Source: Oligoflexia bacterium
Lineage (GTDB): Bacteria > Bdellovibrionota > Bdellovibrionia > JABDDW01
Assembly: GCA_043732305.1 (NCBI GenBank)
Contig: JAYTHU010000169.1
Coordinates: forward strand, 1-10,531
Direction: 5' to 3'
Length of the DNA: 10,531 nt
Below, in pieces: positions 1 through 6,826 of the stretch (positions within the stretch are counted from its first letter, which is position 1; each line of letters opens with the position of its first letter). The notes below the pieces were generated by a model. The model was not told where the DNA came from and did not search any database. It saw nothing but the letters and a program-made list of their open reading frames with translations. The translations under genes and the position numbers were made by a program.

Positions 1-1
1 A

Positions 2-1024
2 AGGGGCCACTAGGCAATCCTTGGCTTCTTGTGGAAGTGCTTTGGACAAAAGTGATTTTAGGTTCGCAATGATCAATTGGGGGGTGTGGTAGTACCCATC
101 CAAGCAAGCACTCTGCGAGGGCGGATTCACTAAACTTCCTGTTGGGGCTTCAACCGAAATTGCGCGCAGAACCCCGTTGTTAAGAGGGATTTCTTCATCA
201 AGAAAACTCATGAAGAACCAAAAGCAACTGGAGAGAACAATATGGTATGGAATATTAATAGCTTTAGGCGATGCTTTGCTCGTTCCAGAAAAATCCACAA
301 CAAATTGATTTTCCCGCACTCTCAATTTTGTTTGAATTTGATTTTCACCAAATTTTAATAGAGAAGAAAATTCTCCATCTGGAAAACGGTGGAGGCTACC
401 TTTGAGAAGATCTTCGGCATAATCTTGAAGGCTCGTGAGACGTTCTGGAATTTGATTTTTTCCCCAGCGTTTTTCTAACTCGCCAAAACTGATTTTAATT
501 CTCTCGAGAGCGTATCTGGCCTGAGCAAAAGCAGTTTCTAGTTTTTCCTTTTTAATTTTACTTGAAGCCAAAAAAGCAAACAGCGCTTCTCTGACGGCTC
601 CGCCACCGTCAAGCGGAGTTGGAGGAATTTTTAATCCTTCGTCATCGATCTTGGACGCTTCAAATTGCTTGGGTGTAAGAAGTAAATCTTCTAAGCTGAT
701 TTGAACAACCGCATATCCTTTGATTTCTTTACCTTTGTAAATAGCTGAAATAAAATTGATGTCGCAAAGTCTTGGACTGCCGAAAGCAGTGTCGTTCGTT
801 AGAACAACTTCATCGGGCCCAAGCTTGAAATATTTATTGATGTTGGGAATAGTTTGCGTGAAACCGAAATAGTGCAGGGGATGAGGACCTTCGACATGAA
901 TGAGTTGTCCCTTCGCGTCCATAAGAGCGCCATGGGAAAAATCTGAGGAACTTACTTTCATCATACTTTGGGCAAGCAAATTTTTAATGTCACGGTAGGT
1001 GGACTGAAGTCTGAGATCGTTCAT
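2..1024 (-). CDS. Hydantoinase B/oxoprolinase-family protein, divergent; 3' end lies outside the window
   Basis: Manual translation from ATG at 1024 gives 341 codons with no stop up to the window edge (MNDLRLQSTYRDIK...). Family motifs occur in the expected order: DFSHGALMDAKGQL..P.H, LGPDEVVLTND, EGLKIPP, FPDGEF, VDFSGTS, IPLNNGVLRAISVEAPTGSLVNP. It starts 3 nt after the stop of the hydantoinase A-like gene. Confidence 0.9.
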   Translation of the reverse strand, partial: MNDLRLQSTYRDIKNLLAQSMMKVSSSDFSHGALMDAKGQLIHVEGPHPLHYFGFTQTIPNINKYFKLGPDEVVLTNDTAFGSPRLCDINFISAIYKGKEIKGYAVVQISLEDLLLTPKQFEASKIDDEGLKIPPTPLDGGGAVREALFAFLASSKIKKEKLETAFAQARYALERIKISFGELEKRWGKNQIPERLTSLQDYAEDLLKGSLHRFPDGEFSSLLKFGENQIQTKLRVRENQFVVDFSGTSKASPKAINIPYHIVLSSCFWFFMSFLDEEIPLNNGVLRAISVEAPTGSLVNPPSQSACLDGYYHTPQLIIANLKSLLSKALPQEAKDCLVAP

Positions 1025-1027
1025 TTT

Positions 1028-2251
1028 TTAAACTTTGATCCTTCCCAGGAAATATGGCGCAAGCCAGCCCGAGGTGTGGAGTTGGTTGAGAGAAAGTGGT
1101 CTGCCCGATTTATCGGAATAAAGAGCGATCTCAGATTCAAATAGTTGATTAGCCAATTCTAAAAATCGAGTCATCGCCGATTCCCAGTCCGTACGCATTT
1201 GTTGCGATAGAAGAGTGAGATGTTTCTTCACGCGGGCATGATCCACCTTGATTTTTTTAACATCGTCAAATTTCAATTGATGTTTCAGAACAAGCAAATC
1301 AAAGATCGTGAGTTCCACGCCTTTACCAAAACAGACGGGACCTGGCTCGCTATCGATGGGAGCATACCTGATTTGTGGTGTGCCGACTTGATCAGCAAAA
1401 ACCGGGCTTAATGGAGAAAATGGGAATGGAGAATTACTCTTAGGAAATGAAATTTTATCTTCTACAATAAAAGCTTCATGTTCTAACCACCGAGTTTTTT
1501 CAATGATATTTTCTTCCGCAAAGCCTAGTGCCTTAAATTCTTCTTGAATGTTTTTAAAGGTCCAGTTTTGTGCGAGATTCCTAAGAGCTGAATTAGCCTT
1601 AAGTCTCTCGTCTGAAACTAAAATCTGTGACGAGTCGCTCGAAGAAGTTTCTACTTCGAAACCTTGTTCAATTAAAAAATCTCTTACTGCATTTTCATTC
1701 TCGGAATTTAATTTAGAGTGTAGAAAAGAAATTGCCACGTGCTTGATATCGGATAACTTTAATTTAGCGGCAATGGTTTCAAGTTCTTCGGTGGTTGGTT
1801 TTAATGTCACTTCACCCAATGCATTCACTCGTTCGGCAACTCCGAAACAAAAATTTGCCGAAAGTGAAGCTGCTTTTTTTGCGGGTTTAAGAGTAAAAAC
1901 ACTGGTTCTTGTTTGATCGCTAATTTCCAAAACATTCTGAAAACCCTCGGTGCAAAGTAGCGCCATCGGAGCGAGCCATTGCTCTCTCCATAGAGTATCA
2001 AGATAGTCAGAGCGAATTTCGACCATGTCTTCAGGGCCAACTTCCAAATTCAAACTTTGAATGGCATCCTTAAGACCTGTCAACATCTGATCGCGACGAT
2101 TGGCATGACGAACGAAAGTTACTGGCTTATCACCGAGTTTTTGAAGCAAACTCTGGGTCATTGTTTGTGGGACCGAGCCTTGAAATACCGATATTTCGAC
2201 AAACATCTCTCTCAGATCAACTGAGAGTTTACGAAAAAACTTCTGAGACAC
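1028..2251 (-). CDS. Hydantoinase A/oxoprolinase-family protein, shortened and divergent (407 aa)
   Basis: GTG start with AGGGAG 8 nt upstream (complement of 2260-2265). Family motifs: LLCTEGFQNVLEI..QTR, AERVNALGEV..P, VAISFLHS..N..NE, EPGPVCFGKG..LTIFD. Paired with a hydantoinase B-like gene immediately downstream. Confidence 0.85.
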   Translation of the reverse strand: MSQKFFRKLSVDLREMFVEISVFQGSVPQTMTQSLLQKLGDKPVTFVRHANRRDQMLTGLKDAIQSLNLEVGPEDMVEIRSDYLDTLWREQWLAPMALLCTEGFQNVLEISDQTRTSVFTLKPAKKAASLSANFCFGVAERVNALGEVTLKPTTEELETIAAKLKLSDIKHVAISFLHSKLNSENENAVRDFLIEQGFEVETSSSDSSQILVSDERLKANSALRNLAQNWTFKNIQEEFKALGFAEENIIEKTRWLEHEAFIVEDKISFPKSNSPFPFSPLSPVFADQVGTPQIRYAPIDSEPGPVCFGKGVELTIFDLLVLKHQLKFDDVKKIKVDHARVKKHLTLLSQQMRTDWESAMTRFLELANQLFESEIALYSDKSGRPLSLNQLHTSGWLAPYFLGRIKV

Positions 2252-2327
2252 TCGACTTGCTCCCTTGACTACCGTGATTCAAAGCATAATTATGTGTCTA
2301 AATTGTCTTTTTTTAAATGGGGAAATG

Positions 2328-3422
2328 ATGAAAGTTTCAGAATATATCTCACAATTGATTCCGTACGTGCCTGGGAAACCAATAGAAGAAACAAAAAGGC
2401 AGTACGGTATTTCAAAAGTTTACAAACTGGCTTCTAATGAAAACCCGCTAGGCCCATCCCCTCGTGCCTTTCAGGCCATTCAGCAATCTTTGAACTTACT
2501 GAATCTTTATCCCGATGGGTCCTGTCACGACCTTCGAAAGAAAGTTTCTGCCCATTTTAATTTTCCAGAAGATGGTCTGGTTTTCGGCAATGGATCAGAC
2601 GAGCTTGTAGATTTTTTAGTACGAGTCTACTGCGAAGCTGGTGACAAGATCCTCACTTCGCACCGTGCGTTCGATACTTATCGACTTTCGGCCCAAGCTT
2701 CACGTTGCGACACCACGCTCATTCCGATGACTTCTGAGTTCAAATTTGATCTTCAAGCGATTCAAAAGGCATGGACTCCGGAACATAAAATTATTTTTAT
2801 CACTAACCCAAATAATCCCACCGGCACATATTCCACCAAGACGGAAATGGATTCGTTCATGGAATTTTTTGGCGGGCGGGAAGATGTAATCGTTGTTATC
2901 GATGAAGCTTATTTTGAATTTGTGCGTGCAAATGACTATCCTGATTCGCACGAATACACTCGAAAATATGAAAACGTAGTGACACTTCGTACGCTCAGTA
3001 AAGTGTACGGACTTGCAGGTCTTCGTCTTGGCATGATGTTTTCCTCTCGCGAAATTGCTAGTCACGTGAATAAGGTGCGCAAACCATTCAACATAAATAG
3101 TCTTATGCAGGTGGCAGGGATCGCCGCTTTGGACGATCGTGAATTTGTGAAAAAAACGTGTGATCTTGTTTGGAGCGGACTTGATTATTTTTATTCCGAG
3201 TTTAAAAAAATGGGAATCGATTATGTTCCTAGTCAGGGAAATTTCGTGCTCTTTGACACCGGTAAAGATTCTCTAGAAGTTTATGAAAAACTATTGTCTA
3301 AAGGATTTATTCTCAGGCCTGTGAGAAATTACGGACTGACTCAACATTTGCGAATGTCAGTCGGATTACAGAATGAAAATGTAGCGGCTATAGCGGCGTT
3401 GAGCGAGGTGTTAAAGTCATGA
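2328..3422 (+). CDS. hisC: Histidinol-phosphate aminotransferase family (PLP-dependent, class I/II)
   Basis: Motifs YVPGKP, KLASNENPLGPSP, YPD, GNGSDE, NPNNPTG, DEAY and RTLSKVYGLAGLRLG (PLP lysine). Start placed at ATG 2328 (alternative 2325) after GGGGA at 2319-2323, not at the track's TTG 2265. Confidence 0.93.
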   Translation: MKVSEYISQLIPYVPGKPIEETKRQYGISKVYKLASNENPLGPSPRAFQAIQQSLNLLNLYPDGSCHDLRKKVSAHFNFPEDGLVFGNGSDELVDFLVRVYCEAGDKILTSHRAFDTYRLSAQASRCDTTLIPMTSEFKFDLQAIQKAWTPEHKIIFITNPNNPTGTYSTKTEMDSFMEFFGGREDVIVVIDEAYFEFVRANDYPDSHEYTRKYENVVTLRTLSKVYGLAGLRLGMMFSSREIASHVNKVRKPFNINSLMQVAGIAALDDREFVKKTCDLVWSGLDYFYSEFKKMGIDYVPSQGNFVLFDTGKDSLEVYEKLLSKGFILRPVRNYGLTQHLRMSVGLQNENVAAIAALSEVLKS

Positions 3423-4090
3423 CTACAAAGGCATTACCAACTTTTATTGTGACCATCGACGGCCCTGCGGGAAGTGGTAAATCTACGGTTTCAGCATTGC
3501 TCGCAAAACGCCTTCAATTGCAATTTCTCACGACTGGGGCATTTTATCGTGGATTAGGCCTTATGAGTTTGACTTACAAATATGGCGACGGTGGATGGAC
3601 TTCAGAAACCGAAACCACCAGGCTTATTGAAATGGCCACAAGTCATAGATTTGAAGTGCGAGCTGACACGAGTGGAACAAAAGTTTTTATCGACGAAGTC
3701 GACGTGACCGAAAAATTGTCGGAAGAAAAAACCGCTCAAGAAGCGAGTCGAATCGCGACAATTCCAGAGGTGCGCGCCGCACTCTTAGAAGCTCAGCGTG
3801 AATTTGCTAAGCCACCAGGGCTCGTCGCTGAGGGGCGTGATTGTGGAACGATCGTGTTTCCAGACGCCCATCTCAAAATTTTTCTCACCGCAAGTTTAGA
3901 TGCAAGAGCATTAAGAAGAGAATCCGTCGAAGGCAAAGAAAGTCTTGCCACTCGTGACAGAAATGATGCTGGGAGAAAAACCGCACCCATGCAAAAAGCT
4001 GATGGTGCCATTGAGATCGACACGTCAAAAATGACAATCGAAGAAGTCGTCTCGCAAATTGAAAAAGCTGCATTAGAGCGCCGAAAATAG
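3419..4090 (+). CDS. cmk: Cytidylate kinase
   Basis: P-loop IDGPAGSGKST, TGAFYR, EGRDCGTIVFPDA.LKIFLTAS, RDRND...APM..ADGAI.IDTS. ATGA overlap with the hisC stop; lies upstream of rpsA as is typical. Confidence 0.95.
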   Translation: MTTKALPTFIVTIDGPAGSGKSTVSALLAKRLQLQFLTTGAFYRGLGLMSLTYKYGDGGWTSETETTRLIEMATSHRFEVRADTSGTKVFIDEVDVTEKLSEEKTAQEASRIATIPEVRAALLEAQREFAKPPGLVAEGRDCGTIVFPDAHLKIFLTASLDARALRRESVEGKESLATRDRNDAGRKTAPMQKADGAIEIDTSKMTIEEVVSQIEKAALERRK

Positions 4091-4182
4091 GCTTTATTCA
4101 CGCTCTTATCACCGATTAAAGCTAGGTTGAAGGCTCCTTTTCTCTGGCACACGCTTGCAATGTGAAGGGCAGGATGTGGAAA

Positions 4183-4884
4183 ATGAGAACCGGTATATTC
4201 CTCTCTTTATTTAGCTTTTTATTGATCATGATTGCCATTGGCATTTTGGCTGGTTGCGCGCCTTCCGCACAGATGGGCCAAGTGATTTCGGAATCGTCCA
4301 CTGGGGGCGTTCAATCCTTACAAAGAACAAATCTTTTCCAAGAAGACGTCGGGCAGAATTCTGGCGCAAGCGGGGATAGTGAATTCATATCTGCTCAGGG
4401 GGCCGTTTTATCTACCGGCGCCGAAGTGCAAATCAGTGTGCTTGCGGGGGACTTCACAGAGGTGCAATCCATCAAACTGGTTTGCTCAGGCTCAATGGTG
4501 GGTACTGGCACCACTCAATCAATTCAAAACCAGCGAGACGTGATTTACATGCTTCCTGGCAGCGAAATATTTATGCGTGGGCAAATGGCAGTAAACAAAA
4601 GTACGGTTCTGATGGCTTGGCGATGCGATGGAGCTTTTGTAAAAACTCTCGGCGTCAGAACTTTAAGATTAAGTCCCGAAAGTTCTGAAAAGAAAAAGGC
4701 TAATTTGGGTAATTTGCCTGTCGAGTGTTTGCAAACTGACCATGTAGGTGGAATCGAAAAAATTGACGACACTAAAACTTTAAATTCTCTTTGGATCAAG
4801 GCTGGGTCTCAAATTATTCTGCAGGGCCGACTCATATCCTGCGTTTTCATGTCTTTGCCAGTCGATGCCGCTAAGTTCTATTGA
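4183..4884 (+). CDS. Putative lipoprotein of unknown function
   Basis: Long ORF filling the cmk-rpsA gap. Basic N-terminus, hydrophobic stretch and lipobox LAGC (Cys codon 4255-4257). ATG 4183 is preceded by AGGA (4171-4174); alternative starts at 4174 and 4162. Confidence 0.75.
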   Translation: MRTGIFLSLFSFLLIMIAIGILAGCAPSAQMGQVISESSTGGVQSLQRTNLFQEDVGQNSGASGDSEFISAQGAVLSTGAEVQISVLAGDFTEVQSIKLVCSGSMVGTGTTQSIQNQRDVIYMLPGSEIFMRGQMAVNKSTVLMAWRCDGAFVKTLGVRTLRLSPESSEKKKANLGNLPVECLQTDHVGGIEKIDDTKTLNSLWIKAGSQIILQGRLISCVFMSLPVDAAKFY

Positions 4885-4903
4885 AAGTGCTTTCAGGTAG
4901 TCA

Positions 4904-4933
4904 TTGACTCCGCCGTATTCGATCAGTTATAAA
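4904..4933 (+). promoter_or_regulatory. Putative sigma70 promoter for rpsA
   Basis: TTGACT (4904-4909), 18-nt spacer, TATAAA (4928-4933); both hexamers match consensus 5/6; about 80 nt upstream of the rpsA start. Confidence 0.6.
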
Positions 4934-5013
4934 AACTCATCCACAAATAAGGTTCAAGATAGCAATTTCGCAAATCTGTAGCCCCTTGTTGTGATGAATG
5001 TAGGTAGAAATTG

Positions 5014-6798
5014 ATGTCATCTGAAAAAACCCCCGCAAAAATAAACAAACTCAACAAAACGGCTTCAGCCCGTCTGGCGCTTCTCGAGCAGTTGGAAGCT
5101 GAAGAAAGAAAAGATTCCAATATCACATCCACTGGTCAATCTTTCGCCGAGCTTTTCGAAGCCAGTGTAAAAGAAAAAGATTTCAATGTGGGCGATGTGG
5201 TCACTGGCCGCATCTTAGAAGTCAACACTGACTACGTCTTGGTTGACATCAACTACAAATCAGAAGGTCTCATTCCTACTTCTGAATTTCAGACTGCTAC
5301 TGGTCTCGCTCCAATCAAAATTGGTGACGAGGTTCAAGTTTACATCGACAAAGTTGAAAACGAAAACGGCATGGTTGTTTTGTCCAAAGACAAAGCCGAC
5401 ATGCTCAAAGCTTGGAACGATATTTCTGCCGCTTGCGAAAAAGAAGAATTGGTAGAAGGAACTGTCATTGCTAAAGTCAAAGGCGGTCTTTCCGTTGATA
5501 TCGGTGTCAAAGCGTTTTTACCTGGATCACAGATTGATCTGCGTCCCGTGCGTAACCTCGATGTTTACATTGGTAAAAAACTTAAATTTAAAGTTATCAA
5601 ATTTAACAAAAAACGCGGAAACATTGTTCTTTCCCGTAGAGCGTTGCTCGAAAAAGAACGTGAGCATCTCAAACACCAAACTTTGGAAACTATCCGTGAA
5701 GGACAAATTGTTGATGGTATCGTAAAAAATATCACTGATTATGGTGTGTTCATTGACTTGGGCGGTATGGACGGTCTTCTCCACATCACCGATATGAGCT
5801 GGGGTCGCGTGAAGCATCCTTCCCAAATTCTCAACATTGGCGATGAAATCAAAGTCAAAGTTCTCAAATACGATCAAGAAAAAGAGCGCGTTTCACTAGG
5901 CCTCAAACAATTGCAACCCGATCCTTGGGAAAATGTTCAAGCCAAGTATCAAGTGGCTCAGAAACTTTCCGGTAAAGTTGTTAGCCTCGCTGATTACGGT
6001 GCATTTGTTGAGCTTGATGAGGGTATAGAAGGTCTCATCCATGTGAGCGAAATGTCTTGGACTCAACGTGTGAAACATCCTTCAAAAGTTGTTTCAGTTG
6101 ACGACGTTGTCAATGTTGTTGTTCTCGATATAGATACTGCCAACCGCAGAATCAGCCTTGGAATGAAACAACTCGAAGAAAATCCTTGGGTTGCTCTTAA
6201 AGAAAAATATGCTCCTGGAACAGTCATCGAAGGTCAAATCAAGTCTATCACTGACTTTGGTATCTTTATTGGTATCGAAGAAGGAATCGACGGCTTGGTA
6301 CACGTCAGTGACTTCTCATGGACCAAACGAGTCAATCATCCTTCCGAAGTTTACAAAAAGGGCGACACTATCAAAGCGGTTGTTCTCGCCGTAGATATGG
6401 AAAATGAAAGATTCTCTCTCGGTATCAAACAACTTGAGAAGGATCCTTGGACTGAAGCCGTTGATGCGTTCTCGGTTGGAACTCAGCATGATGTAAAAGT
6501 CACTAAGATCGCAGACTTCGGCGTGTTCGTTGAACTCGCTCCTGAGATCGAAGGACTCATTCACATCAGTGAACTTTCCATGGACCGTGTCGAGAAGATC
6601 GAAGAACTTGTTAAGCCTGGCGATATCCTTCGCGCAGAAGTGATCAGCCTTGATCGCGATGCTCGTAAGATTGGCCTGAGTGCAAAATCTGTTTCCTATA
6701 AAGGCGACAGAGATGAAAGTGCTCAGTTCGGAAAATCCGGCGCGAAGACAAGTCTCGGCGATGTTTTCGGTGAACTGAAACTTAAAAAAGACGAATAG
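5014..6798 (+). CDS. rpsA: 30S ribosomal protein S1
   Basis: SFAELFE N-terminal helix followed by six S1/OB repeats (e.g. KSEGLIP, AFLPGSQID, YGVFIDLGGMDGLLHITDMSW, EGLIHVSEMSW, DGLVHVSDFSW, EGLIHISEL). ATG 5014 with AGGT at 5002-5005. Confidence 0.98.
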   Translation: MSSEKTPAKINKLNKTASARLALLEQLEAEERKDSNITSTGQSFAELFEASVKEKDFNVGDVVTGRILEVNTDYVLVDINYKSEGLIPTSEFQTATGLAPIKIGDEVQVYIDKVENENGMVVLSKDKADMLKAWNDISAACEKEELVEGTVIAKVKGGLSVDIGVKAFLPGSQIDLRPVRNLDVYIGKKLKFKVIKFNKKRGNIVLSRRALLEKEREHLKHQTLETIREGQIVDGIVKNITDYGVFIDLGGMDGLLHITDMSWGRVKHPSQILNIGDEIKVKVLKYDQEKERVSLGLKQLQPDPWENVQAKYQVAQKLSGKVVSLADYGAFVELDEGIEGLIHVSEMSWTQRVKHPSKVVSVDDVVNVVVLDIDTANRRISLGMKQLEENPWVALKEKYAPGTVIEGQIKSITDFGIFIGIEEGIDGLVHVSDFSWTKRVNHPSEVYKKGDTIKAVVLAVDMENERFSLGIKQLEKDPWTEAVDAFSVGTQHDVKVTKIADFGVFVELAPEIEGLIHISELSMDRVEKIEELVKPGDILRAEVISLDRDARKIGLSAKSVSYKGDRDESAQFGKSGAKTSLGDVFGELKLKKDE

Positions 6799-6826
6799 TA
6801 CTTAGGAAGAATCCCAGAGAGGATTT

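Noticed and set aside
1220..2040. Alternative ORFs 1220-1411, 1548-1916 and 1825-2040
   Set aside because: Antisense or off-frame shadows inside the hydantoinase A-like gene with no recognisable motifs.
2..2251. Calling the hydantoinase-like genes pseudogenes
   Set aside because: No internal stops or frameshifts in the visible part, RBS retained and tight gene spacing; degeneration is concentrated at catalytic motifs.
2265..2327. N-terminal extension of hisC from TTG 2265 in the ORF track
   Set aside because: It would occupy the divergent promoter spacer and touch the RBS of the minus-strand gene; family similarity and an RBS begin at 2325/2328.
4091..4122. Inverted repeat GCTTTA...TAAAGC after cmk as a terminator
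   Set aside because: AT-rich 6-bp stem, 20-nt loop and no adjacent U-tract.
5686..6690. Repeated sequence blocks within rpsA
   Set aside because: Ordinary S1-domain repeats, not a DNA repeat element.
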